A stretch of 23,658 nucleotides of DNA, from positions 1-23,658 of the forward strand of contig JBEKGO010000037.1 in assembly GCA_050012755.1 (NCBI GenBank). The letters run 5' to 3'. Shown piece by piece: positions 1-9,013 of the stretch. The position numbers and the translations under genes are program-made. Under the pieces are notes generated by a model. That model ran no database searches. It saw nothing but the letters and a program-made list of their open reading frames with translations, and was not told the DNA's origin. Position 1 is the first letter of the stretch, and every line of letters begins with the position of its first letter. Source of the DNA: Candidatus Bathyarchaeia archaeon. Its GTDB lineage: Archaea; Thermoproteota; Bathyarchaeia; Bathyarchaeales; Bathycorpusculaceae.

Positions 1-231
1 CACAGTCATGAAAAACCGATAAACCTGATAAAGGTAGAGGAAATGGCGCGGACAAGCCAGGGTGAAAAGCCACAAATTAACCTGACCGCCTTAGGCTACA
101 CAAAACTTCTAGGCACTGGCAAAGTAACTAAACCCCTGACTATACACGTTGCTTCATTTTCGAAGTCAGCAGCTGAAAAGATCAAGGAAGCAGGCGGAGA
201 AATTATAAGCTCCCAAGCTAACGGAGAGTAA
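1..231 (+). CDS. rpl15: 50S ribosomal protein uL15 (5' end outside window)
   Basis: Frame is open from base 1 (HSHEKPINL...). C-terminal uL15 signature KLLGTGKVTKPLTIHVASFSKSAAEKIKEAGG; lies directly upstream of secY as in the spc operon. Confidence 0.93.
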   Translation, partial: HSHEKPINLIKVEEMARTSQGEKPQINLTALGYTKLLGTGKVTKPLTIHVASFSKSAAEKIKEAGGEIISSQANGE

Positions 232-240
232 AGCTGCTAA

Positions 241-1656
241 ATGCCCGGAAGATTCCTCGGTCTCTTTAAACCAATCGGTAGAGTCCTGCCTGAAGTTAAA
301 AAGCCCGAGCGAAAAGTCAGTTTTAACGAAAAAATCTTCTGGACAGCCCTAGTCTTAGTTATTTTCCTTGTAATGACTCAAATTCCGCTTTACGGGGTTT
401 CAGCCTCAGCACAAGACCAATTTAGCTCATTAAGAGTTATTTTTGCTTCCAACCGTGGAACACTGATGGAGTTAGGCATTGGGCCTATAGTCACGGCTGG
501 TTTGATTTTACAGTTGCTTGCAGGTTCAAACATCATTGAATGCGATATGTCAAACTCGGAAGACCGAGGTCTATTCACTTCTGCAAGCAAAGTCTTCACC
601 GTGATTCTCACGGGCATTCAAGGTGCAGCCTACATCATAAGCGGCATGTACGGCTCAATTTCTGGGCCAGTTTCGCTCATAATATTCTTCCAATTGATAG
701 CCGCAGGCATAATTGTTATGTTAATGGATGAACTTGTTCAGAAAGGCTGGGGCCTAGGCAGTGGAATCAGCTTATTCATCATGGCTGGTGTTGCCCAATC
801 AGTTGTCTGGGACACATTTTCACCCCAGACCGGCTTGCTGGTAGGTTCTCTTTCAAACTTCCTAGGCCATGGGCAGACAGCGATGCAATGGGTGTTTGGC
901 CAACTTAACGGAGTTTACCCATCTTTACTCGGATTCTTCGCCACTGCCGGCGTATTCTTACTAGTTATCTATTTGAACGGCATAAGAATTGAGCTTCCAA
1001 TGAGCTACGCAGGATACAAAGGCTTCAGAAGCAAATATCCAATAAAACTGCTGTACGTGTCAAACCTTCCAGTCATTTTTGCATCAGCCCTGTTTGCCAA
1101 CGTCTACTTCTTCGCACAATTGCTCTGGAGCCAAATGGGGCGACCATTGCCAGGAAAAAACCTCTTATTCCAGATAATAGGCGACTTCAGCTACAACGCC
1201 ACATCAGGCGCTGTTAAACCTGTAGGCGGTATCACTTACCTGGTCACTGCACCAACAAACATTCAGCAAGTGGCACTTGACCCATTAAGAGCCGCTGCCT
1301 ATTTGGGCATTATTGTTGCTTTCTGCGCGGTCTTCTCTTTAATTTGGCTTGAAGTAGGCGGTTTAGGTCCTGCAAAAGTTGCGAAGCAACTTATGGATTC
1401 GGGCATGCAGATTCCAGGTTACCGTAGATCAGGAAGGCCAATTGAAGCAGTCCTTAAGCGATACATTCCGGTAGTCACTGTTCTAGGCGGAATCATCGTG
1501 GGGCTAGTGGTTGGGCTGTCAGATTTCCTTGGTGCATATGGTACCGGCACAGGAATCTTGCTGTCAGTGGGTATAATTTACCAGTATTATGAGTTGTTAA
1601 TGCGTGAGAGAGCAGCGGAGATGTTCCCGGCATTCCGAAGAATCATCGGAGACTAA
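241..1656 (+). CDS. secY: Preprotein translocase subunit SecY/Sec61alpha
   Basis: 471 aa polytopic membrane protein with archaeal SecY motifs (LPEVKKP, RGTLMELGIGPIVTA, KGWGLGSGISLFI, YPIKLLYVSNLPVIF, GTGTGILL). Confidence 0.98.
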   Translation: MPGRFLGLFKPIGRVLPEVKKPERKVSFNEKIFWTALVLVIFLVMTQIPLYGVSASAQDQFSSLRVIFASNRGTLMELGIGPIVTAGLILQLLAGSNIIECDMSNSEDRGLFTSASKVFTVILTGIQGAAYIISGMYGSISGPVSLIIFFQLIAAGIIVMLMDELVQKGWGLGSGISLFIMAGVAQSVVWDTFSPQTGLLVGSLSNFLGHGQTAMQWVFGQLNGVYPSLLGFFATAGVFLLVIYLNGIRIELPMSYAGYKGFRSKYPIKLLYVSNLPVIFASALFANVYFFAQLLWSQMGRPLPGKNLLFQIIGDFSYNATSGAVKPVGGITYLVTAPTNIQQVALDPLRAAAYLGIIVAFCAVFSLIWLEVGGLGPAKVAKQLMDSGMQIPGYRRSGRPIEAVLKRYIPVVTVLGGIIVGLVVGLSDFLGAYGTGTGILLSVGIIYQYYELLMRERAAEMFPAFRRIIGD

Positions 1657-1830
1657 CATAACAACTCACTATACGACAACAAAAACCCTTCTTCCTTTTC
1701 TAGATTTCTTGTGCACGACAATGTTAAAGCAGGCTTCTAAAGTTCACCATGTTTCGGGGTTTATTTGTTCATCTTTCTTGGAGATAGAACTGGTAGTTAT
1801 TGACGCTTTTGTGCAAGTTTGAATTAGTTG

Positions 1831-1930
1831 TTTTGAGTTGCTTTTTTGATCTAAAGCTTAAATTCTTTGCAGGTTGCGTCAAAAAACGTCAAGAATCGTC
1901 AAGAAACGTCAAAATTCGTCAAAAAAAGTC
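1831..1930 (+). repeat. Conserved leader plus 10-bp-period tandem array (copy A; six GTC cores, mostly CGTCAA)
   Basis: GTC at 1878, 1888, 1898, 1908, 1918, 1928. 1831-1881 aligns ungapped to 10276-10326 at 37/51 identity (counted by hand). Confidence 0.85.
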
Positions 1931-2166
1931 CAAAATACCTCTAGAAAAAATTGATTATGACATGCCATTAAGTCAAAAGAGACTTTCTAAAACACCACGG
2001 ACAATTTTGGACCGCTGGAAGGTCAATAAACTGAGAAAGTTCTGGAAAATAGTTTTTTCAAATATAGAAAACACCTTTTGCTAACCCAGTTCTAAAGCTG
2101 AGAAGCAAAAACGGTTATTAACAAGGAAACAAGATACGCATAAGCATAGTCAAGAGGAAAAATGCG

Positions 2167-2697
2167 ATGTCTTTAGCAATCACATCATTGCCTTTGGCAA
2201 CAATCATCATAATGGTCATTGCAGCGGCCATTGCGTTCCTAAACTCTGGAATAAACAGGTTTTTAATCAATTATTTCGTTGGTTGGGAACAATACCGAGT
2301 TATGCAGAAAGAAATGAATGAATACCGTTCAGAAACCATGAAAGCAATGCGGGCAAATGACAAAAAACAGATAGAGAAACTCAAAAAGAAAGAATCACAA
2401 GTCAAGAATATGCAAGCAAAAATGGTTAAACCCCAAATGGTTCAGTTCGGTATTTCTTTCGTCTACCTAATTATGTGGTTTTTAGTCTTAACTCCGACAT
2501 TTCATGGGTCTCCCATGGCTTACATACCTGGTATCGGAAAAATTGCCGGTGCAATTCAATGGGATTTTGTCAAAAATGTCGCTGTTGGATCAGCAATTCC
2601 TAATGCGATTCCTGTGTTCTACTGGTACCCCATCTGCTCATTCTTCTTCGGCTTGCTCTCATCAAGAATACTAGGCATAATGCCCATTGAGCCTTAA
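2167..2697 (+). CDS. DUF106 / EMC3-TMCO1 (Oxa1 superfamily) membrane insertase-like protein
   Basis: N-terminal TM, long Lys/Glu/Met-rich coiled coil, further TMs ending WYPICSFFFGLL; canonical position between secY and cmk in archaea. Confidence 0.88.
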   Translation: MSLAITSLPLATIIIMVIAAAIAFLNSGINRFLINYFVGWEQYRVMQKEMNEYRSETMKAMRANDKKQIEKLKKKESQVKNMQAKMVKPQMVQFGISFVYLIMWFLVLTPTFHGSPMAYIPGIGKIAGAIQWDFVKNVAVGSAIPNAIPVFYWYPICSFFFGLLSSRILGIMPIEP

Positions 2698-2719
2698 TGC
2701 AGAAAACAGGGTGTCACCT

Positions 2720-3328
2720 ATGGATAAAAACACTAAATTCTGCTCCACGGGCAAAAAAACAGTAATCTGCATTTCAGGAATGGCTGGAACCGGAAAAAGC
2801 ACCCTATCCAAAAAATTAGCAGAAAAATACCATCTGACTTGCTATTCAGGCGGCGACGCTCTCAAAGAACTTGCCAACGCAGAAGGATATGATACCTCCC
2901 GCCAAGGCTGGTGGGAAAGCCCTGAAGGCTTAAAATTTCTAAACGAAAGAACAAATGACCCTAAATTCGACAAAGCAGTAGACGCCAAGCTCATTGAATA
3001 TGCGCAACAGGGAAACGTGCTCTTAGATAGTTGGACTATGCCTTGGTTACTTGAAGAAGGCTTTAAAATTTGGCTGCTGGCTTCGGCTGAGAAGAGAGCA
3101 GCACGAGTTGCTGAACGTGATAGGATAACTTTTGATGAAGCACTCAAAGTGTTGAATGAAAAAGAAGATAGAACAAAAGCAATTTACAAGAAGCTCTATG
3201 GTTTTGCATTAGGCGAAGATTTATCGCCCTTCGATTTGATTTTAGATACTGATAATTTAAGTGCAGACCAGGTTTTTGAGGTTCTATGCAAAGTAATAAG
3301 TAACGTTGTTCTTTCAGATCCTTCATGA
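2720..3328 (+). CDS. cmk: Cytidylate kinase (archaeal type)
   Basis: P-loop ISGMAGTGKST, SGGDALKELA, DKAVD, RAARVAERD, YKKLYG, FDLILDT. ATG 2720 follows a GGGTG SD-like motif; the ORF track extends it to TTG 2687. Confidence 0.9.
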   Translation: MDKNTKFCSTGKKTVICISGMAGTGKSTLSKKLAEKYHLTCYSGGDALKELANAEGYDTSRQGWWESPEGLKFLNERTNDPKFDKAVDAKLIEYAQQGNVLLDSWTMPWLLEEGFKIWLLASAEKRAARVAERDRITFDEALKVLNEKEDRTKAIYKKLYGFALGEDLSPFDLILDTDNLSADQVFEVLCKVISNVVLSDPS

Positions 3329-3423
3329 TCAAAACTGCAAATAGCAAATTAGACTAACTGTCACAAAAAACAGATCTAAATTTTATGGGAAGAAACATTT
3401 TTTCCATACTCGGAGACTTAAAT

Positions 3424-4470
3424 TTATTTGAAAAGTAACTTTGCGTTTTTCCACTGGTCCAAAGCCAAGGATAAATAGCCGCTTGGGCTTCCCTGAAGTG
3501 AATAGAAAACGTAACAGAGGTAGCTGCATTCTGTGCAATTAGAGTAAGTTTCTCGTAATTGCTTGAATTGTTGGCTGTTCCATTTCTTAGGCAAATCGAA
3601 TATTGATGCTGCAGAATTGTGGCTATGGCATCCTCCAATTCTTCCTAAATGATCAATAACTAAGAAGTTGCTTAGCGCTTGGCATTTCCAGACCCTTCTA
3701 TCTTCCCCGAAGAGGCTTCTTACTGTTTTCAGAAGTTTGTTTGTCATGAGAATTTTTTTATTTTTCTTTTTCATTTCAATTAGAGAATTGCAGAGTTCAA
3801 TCATTGCTTGAGTATCCTTTATGACGTATTCATCGTCAGCTTTGCCAATCCTGAAAAGCTGTTTTTCATCCATTGAAAGGTCATACGAGTAAAGGCAGAA
3901 CCAGACTGGAATTGCTTTTTGGGTAAAATAATTAGTGATATCAACTATTTCATACATGTTTTTCTGTGAAATCGTTGGAGTAACACTAACGTTGACCCCC
4001 TCGTTTTGAAGGAATTCAACGGCTTCCATTGCCTTTTTCCAAGCACCTGGCACGTCTTTCATGGAATCGTTTTTTGATTCATCCAAACTATCTATCGAAA
4101 TTGCCACAAAATCGACGTTTCGCAATGAATCAATTTTTTCAGCAGCTAGGCTTCCATTATCACAAATAGTTGTGACAAAACTCTTTGAGGCATAATCAAG
4201 TATTTCACCGATGTCATCTCTCAATAACGGCTCTCCGCCTGATAAAACAAGATCAACAATACCCATTTTTTTTAGAACATCTAACCCTTTCTTTATTTCA
4301 GATGTTTCAAGTGCTCTTGGATCTTGTTCTTTCCAGACGTTGCAACCAGCACAGCGGTAGTTGCATTTTCTTGTAATTAACCATTGAGCGTGGTGAGGCT
4401 TACCGGGTGCAAGCGCGCGTGCTGCAATTGATGCTGCTTTTTTCATACCTGTCGTCAAATAAGTTGTCAC
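3424..4470 (-). CDS. Radical SAM protein with C-terminal SPASM/twitch-like Cys cluster
   Basis: CNYRCAGC (CxxxCxxC), SGGEPLLR, ISIDS, C-terminal C..GC...CTECSYLC. Confidence 0.9.
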   Translation of the reverse strand: MTTYLTTGMKKAASIAARALAPGKPHHAQWLITRKCNYRCAGCNVWKEQDPRALETSEIKKGLDVLKKMGIVDLVLSGGEPLLRDDIGEILDYASKSFVTTICDNGSLAAEKIDSLRNVDFVAISIDSLDESKNDSMKDVPGAWKKAMEAVEFLQNEGVNVSVTPTISQKNMYEIVDITNYFTQKAIPVWFCLYSYDLSMDEKQLFRIGKADDEYVIKDTQAMIELCNSLIEMKKKNKKILMTNKLLKTVRSLFGEDRRVWKCQALSNFLVIDHLGRIGGCHSHNSAASIFDLPKKWNSQQFKQLRETYSNCTECSYLCYVFYSLQGSPSGYLSLALDQWKNAKLLFK

Positions 4471-4659
4471 TAGCTGATTTATTGTGTTAGTGTATCTTGA
4501 GTTGGAACTATAAAAACCATTATCAAGAACAAAACAAAATATTTTTTTTAGTTTAAAGACTGATTTTATTTAATGCTAGCAAGGAACTCTTTTTAAGAAT
4601 GTACTTCTGGTATTGATAAGACGTTTTCCCTTTGTCAAGGAGCGAAGGCGGAGAAAACC

Positions 4660-7600
4660 GTGGCAGATCAGCTACAGAAAAATCCAGAAATATTCACAGT
4701 TAAAGAGAATGTTCCTGTAGCGAAGCCTCCAATTACATCCGAAGAAGCATTAACTCTGCCCGCAACTGAAGTGCTTTCTCATCTGGCGACTTCAACGCAG
4801 GGTCTTAATTCGGAGGATGCAACTGAGCGTTTAAACATTTATGGGACTAATGAGCTGGCTCACAAGCAAAAGCGGACTGGCATTGTTAGTTTTCTTTTGC
4901 ATTTTAAGAGTCCCCTAATCATCATTTTATTAATTGCTGCTTCTATAGCTGGAGCTTTAGGTGACCCTTCGGACTTTACCATCATTTTCGTAATCGTTAT
5001 CATAAGTGTTAGCATCGATCACTACCAAGAATCAAAAGCTGAAAACGCTGCTGAAATGTTGAAAGAAAAAGTCTCAACCACAGCAACTGTGCTTCGTGAC
5101 GACACAAAGATGGAGATTAAATTATCACAAATTGTTCCAGGAGACATAATATCTCTTTCAGCCGGTGACATTGCCCCTGCAGACGCAAGAATTATTGCAG
5201 CGAAAGATTTTTTCATTAATCAAAGTTCACTAACTGGCGAATCTTTTCCAGTTGAAAAAAATTCTAATCCCATAACATCTTTGAATTTAGCAAACAGCTC
5301 CATCACTGAATGGAACAACTACCTGTTTATGGGTACCTCAGTTGTCAGCGGATCCGCTAATGCAGTTGTAGTTAAGACTGGCGGCATGACCGAATACGGG
5401 AAAATCGCGAAGAAACTGGTTGCAAAGCCGCCTGAAACCGAGTTTGAACGGGGCATAAAAGGATTCAGCTATCTTATAATGCAAATTACTTTCATATTGA
5501 TAATTTTTGTTTTTCTAGTCAATGCATTGTACAGGCATGGCTTGGTCGAGTCATTACTGTTCGCAGCTGCTCTTGCAGTCGGATTAACGCCTGAGCTTCT
5601 GCCGATGATTATTACGATGAACCTTTCAAGAGGCGCCATAAACATGTCGCGAAAAGGCGTCATCGTTAAACATTTGCCATCCATAGAAAACTTCGGCAGC
5701 ATGAACGTTTTGTGTACAGACAAAACAGGCACACTTACTGAAAACCGAATTACTTTGGTTTTGCATGTTGATTGGGAAGGCCATGATGATGACAAAGTCT
5801 TACTATATTCATACTTGAACAGTTACTATCAAACAGGCTTGAAAAGTCCACTTGATGAAGCTATCCTCGTTCATAAGGAAACGGGTATGGAAGGATATCA
5901 GAAAATCGACGAAGTTCCCTTTGACTTTGTTCGAAGAAGAGTTTCTGTTATCGTAGAGAAAGATAGACAAAGATTTTTAGTAGTTAAAGGTGCACCGGAA
6001 GAAATTCTGAAGGTTTCGGAATTTTCCGACCTAAATGGTTTAGTTTCTGATGTTAGCGATGAACTGCGCAAAAAAATTGAGCAGAAATATTTTGACTTAA
6101 GTTCCGAAGGCTTAAGAGTTCTAGGAGTTGCATACAAGAAACTTCGAGAAGAAAAAACTACTTACTCAGTCAATGACGAAAAAGACATGGTTTTTCTGGG
6201 TTTTGTTGCTTTTCTTGACCCACCCAAGCAAACGTCTAAAGTGTCATTAGAGCTTTTAGCTAAAGAAGGCATTGAGCTAAAAATCTTAACTGGTGACAAT
6301 GAACTTGTTACCCGAAAGATCTGCGAGCAACTTGGCTTTGAAATAAAAGGTGTGGTGCTTGGAAATGATATTGCCCAGATGCATGATGATGCTTTAGCTC
6401 GCGTCGTTGAGGAAGCTAATGTTTTTGCAAGGGTAAATCCAGTTCAAAAAGACCGCATAATCAATTTGCTGAAAGATAATGGGCATGTTGTCGGTTTTAT
6501 GGGTGACGGCATCAACGATGCTCCTTCACTGAAAACCTCAGACGTCGGCGTTTCAGTCAATAATGCGGTTGATGTGGCAAAAGAATCAGCAGATATTATT
6601 TTGCTGGAAAATGACTTGACCGTTCTCGCCGAAGGTGTGCTCGAAGGAAGGAAAACTTTCGGCAACACCATGAAATACGTCATGATGGGCATAAGCTCCA
6701 ACTTCGGAAACATGTTTAGTGTAGCCGGCGCCTCGCTGTTTTTGCCTTTCCTTCCTATGCTACCCGTTCAAATTCTACTAAACAATCTACTCTACACGCT
6801 TTCTCAGACCACCATAACATCTGATAACGTCGATGACGAGTACATTGAACGGCCAAAGCGATGGGATATTTCATTTATCAGAAACTTCATGATTGTTGAA
6901 GGGCCAATCAGTTCGATTTTTGATTATTTAACCTTTTTCTTAATGTTATTTGTCATCGTTCCAATGTTTGCGTTTTTGCCTGAACTTCAGCGGGAGCATT
7001 TGTTCCAGACTGCTTGGTTTGTGGAGTCTTTGTGTACTCAGACTTTGGTTGTGTTTATCATTCGAACAAGGACCTCGCCGTTCTATAAAAGTAAACCTGG
7101 CAAGTACTTGGTCTTCAGCTGTCTTGCGGTTGTTGCCGTAGCTTTAGTTCTGCCTTACACAGCTCTGGGCAAAATATTCAGCTTTTACCCTCCGCCACTT
7201 GCTTTCTACGGTGCTTTGGCGCTTATGATAGCGGCCTACCTGTTTCTAGCGGAAGTTGTGAAAAAATGGTTCTACAAACGATTTGCCCATAGAATTGAAC
7301 AGGCTTTGGTTCCGAGAAGAAAAGGCTTCTACTTAAGCAAGAATGCGCGACTAGTGCAAGACATAGCTGCCGTAGTGTGTTTGCATGAAGAAAACGAAAT
7401 TTCACTTGATTCTCTGCTTGAAGATCTATCCAGAAGCTTAAACTATCCTATTGATTCGGACCGCGTTTACCAAAATCTTCAGCATCTTCGCCGAGGCGGC
7501 TTAATTGACGTAGACTGGCATAAACGCATAATCAAGAGGACCGGACCAATCAAAGAATACATCACAAAACAAATTTTTACCAGCCGTATGTGGCCTCTAA

Positions 7601-7698
7601 TCTCAGATGATTGGATTCGCATAAGCAAGTCGATTCAAGATAAATATGGCAAAGTCAATCCTGACTTCGAAGATATTCTATCGCCAAAACAACGTTAA
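4660..7698 (+). CDS. mgtA: Mg2+-transporting P-type ATPase (P3B/MgtA-like) with ~135 aa extra C-terminal domain
   Basis: TGES, LTPELLP, DKTGT phosphorylation motif, PFDFVRRR, TGDN, GDGINDAP, SSNFGNMFS and FQTAWFVES are typical of MgtA/MgtB. Confidence 0.93.
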   Translation: MADQLQKNPEIFTVKENVPVAKPPITSEEALTLPATEVLSHLATSTQGLNSEDATERLNIYGTNELAHKQKRTGIVSFLLHFKSPLIIILLIAASIAGALGDPSDFTIIFVIVIISVSIDHYQESKAENAAEMLKEKVSTTATVLRDDTKMEIKLSQIVPGDIISLSAGDIAPADARIIAAKDFFINQSSLTGESFPVEKNSNPITSLNLANSSITEWNNYLFMGTSVVSGSANAVVVKTGGMTEYGKIAKKLVAKPPETEFERGIKGFSYLIMQITFILIIFVFLVNALYRHGLVESLLFAAALAVGLTPELLPMIITMNLSRGAINMSRKGVIVKHLPSIENFGSMNVLCTDKTGTLTENRITLVLHVDWEGHDDDKVLLYSYLNSYYQTGLKSPLDEAILVHKETGMEGYQKIDEVPFDFVRRRVSVIVEKDRQRFLVVKGAPEEILKVSEFSDLNGLVSDVSDELRKKIEQKYFDLSSEGLRVLGVAYKKLREEKTTYSVNDEKDMVFLGFVAFLDPPKQTSKVSLELLAKEGIELKILTGDNELVTRKICEQLGFEIKGVVLGNDIAQMHDDALARVVEEANVFARVNPVQKDRIINLLKDNGHVVGFMGDGINDAPSLKTSDVGVSVNNAVDVAKESADIILLENDLTVLAEGVLEGRKTFGNTMKYVMMGISSNFGNMFSVAGASLFLPFLPMLPVQILLNNLLYTLSQTTITSDNVDDEYIERPKRWDISFIRNFMIVEGPISSIFDYLTFFLMLFVIVPMFAFLPELQREHLFQTAWFVESLCTQTLVVFIIRTRTSPFYKSKPGKYLVFSCLAVVAVALVLPYTALGKIFSFYPPPLAFYGALALMIAAYLFLAEVVKKWFYKRFAHRIEQALVPRRKGFYLSKNARLVQDIAAVVCLHEENEISLDSLLEDLSRSLNYPIDSDRVYQNLQHLRRGGLIDVDWHKRIIKRTGPIKEYITKQIFTSRMWPLISDDWIRISKSIQDKYGKVNPDFEDILSPKQR

Positions 7699-7800
7699 CA
7701 GCATTTTTTTATAGTGAGATGAAATTTTTTTGTGAATCTTATGCATTTCATTTGATAGGCTGAAGTAGTACCCTTTTTCAGTATAAGATTTTACTGGTTT

Positions 7801-7842
7801 TCAACATAGGTCAACATAGTTTCATGTACCGGGGGGTCTACT
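7801..7842. repeat. Short 10-bp tandem repeat (TCAACATAGG/TCAACATAGT) followed by a G6 run, between convergent genes
   Basis: Directly visible at 7801-7820, degenerate third unit at 7821-7830, GGGGGG at 7831-7836. Confidence 0.55.
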
Positions 7843-7992
7843 GTTTTTTCAATAAAGCTAAGTTTTAACTGTGGCAAGCTATATTTTCCGTTTCATTTGA
7901 AAGAGTTTTTTTGATTTTTTGAGATAAATTATGTTCTCTTTACCAGTATTGTCATTTAAAGCAATTAATTGATTATTTACACAAAAGTTAGC

Positions 7993-9000
7993 TCAATGCG
8001 ATAATGCTATCCATAAATGGTCTGAAATTGGCCTTGGCAACATCTCAGCCGAATCATCACTGTGCATCAAGATACGTTTGTTAATGTTTGCATTGAATTC
8101 CCCAATTACATCAGCATAAATGTGCTCCTTACCTAAGGCACCCATAATTTTGTCTGCAGCTCCCGGCTCCACAGCTATCAGCAAAGCACCTGAACTAATC
8201 AATTGCAGCGGGTCAATCTCGTAATACCGGCAGATTTTGGCAGTTTCAGGCTCAACGATGATTTTTTCTTGAAAAACTCGGATTCCTAAACCAGCGGCAT
8301 CTGCCATCTCATGGATGCCATTTAAGATTCCGCCCTCAGTTGGGTCATGCATAGCGTGTACACCGCCTGTCCTGTAAGCCGTTAAAGCATCTTTAACGAC
8401 GCTTATTTGGTTAAAGAAATGTTTGGCGCTTTCAAGCATTTCAGGATTGAAGATTTTGGAAAGTTGCTCTTCTCGGTCAGAAGCCAAAATAGCAGTACCT
8501 TCGATCCCAGCGCTTTTTGTTAAGATCAGTTTGTCACCTGCTTTGGCGCCTGCCGCCGTCACGTATTTGCCTTTTTCTGTTAAGCCCATAATGCAGCCGA
8601 CAACAATAGGATTAGCTAAACCAGGCGTCGATTCGCAGTGCCCGCCCACAATGGCTATTCCAAGGTCTTTTGCAGCCGCATTCATTTGAGTGCTTATGGC
8701 TTCAACTATTTTGCTTTCCGCGTTCTCTGGAAGAAGGAGGCAGGAGAAGAAAAATGCTGGTTCAACCCCGAAAGTGGCTACGTCGTTAGCGTTTACGTTT
8801 ATGGCTTCCCAACCGATGCGTTCAACCGCCCCAGTGATGGGATCCATCGAGACAATAGCGTTTTTGTTTCCAACATCTAAAACAGCACCATCAACTCCAG
8901 CGGCTGGACCCAAAACAACTTCGCCGCGTTCAGCACCTAAATTTTTGAACACAACTTCTTTTAAAAGATCTATGGGGATTTTTCCAGGCGGCAGCTTCAT
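7993..9000 (-). CDS. AIR synthase family protein (PurM/HypE/ThiL/SelD superfamily)
   Basis: GPAAGVDGAV, SMDPITGA, NANDVATFG, IVGGHCE, GDKLILTK, MHDPTEGG, LISSGALL motifs. Confidence 0.9.
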   Translation of the reverse strand: MKLPPGKIPIDLLKEVVFKNLGAERGEVVLGPAAGVDGAVLDVGNKNAIVSMDPITGAVERIGWEAINVNANDVATFGVEPAFFFSCLLLPENAESKIVEAISTQMNAAAKDLGIAIVGGHCESTPGLANPIVVGCIMGLTEKGKYVTAAGAKAGDKLILTKSAGIEGTAILASDREEQLSKIFNPEMLESAKHFFNQISVVKDALTAYRTGGVHAMHDPTEGGILNGIHEMADAAGLGIRVFQEKIIVEPETAKICRYYEIDPLQLISSGALLIAVEPGAADKIMGALGKEHIYADVIGEFNANINKRILMHSDDSAEMLPRPISDHLWIALSH

Positions 9001-9013
9001 AACTTATCCTCTG

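Noticed and set aside
1877-1930. 10-bp arrays (also 10321-10390) as CRISPR arrays
   Set aside because: Period is only 10 bp, there are no unique spacers and no cas genes in the window.
1604-2084. Track ORFs 1604-1822 and 1800-2084 as real genes or adk remnants
   Set aside because: No P-loop or recognisable motif; the second simply reads through the non-triplet 10-bp repeat.
7831-7862. GGGGGGTC...CTAAG as a Tn3-family terminal inverted repeat
   Set aside because: Shorter than the canonical 38 bp, with no partner end or transposase seen.
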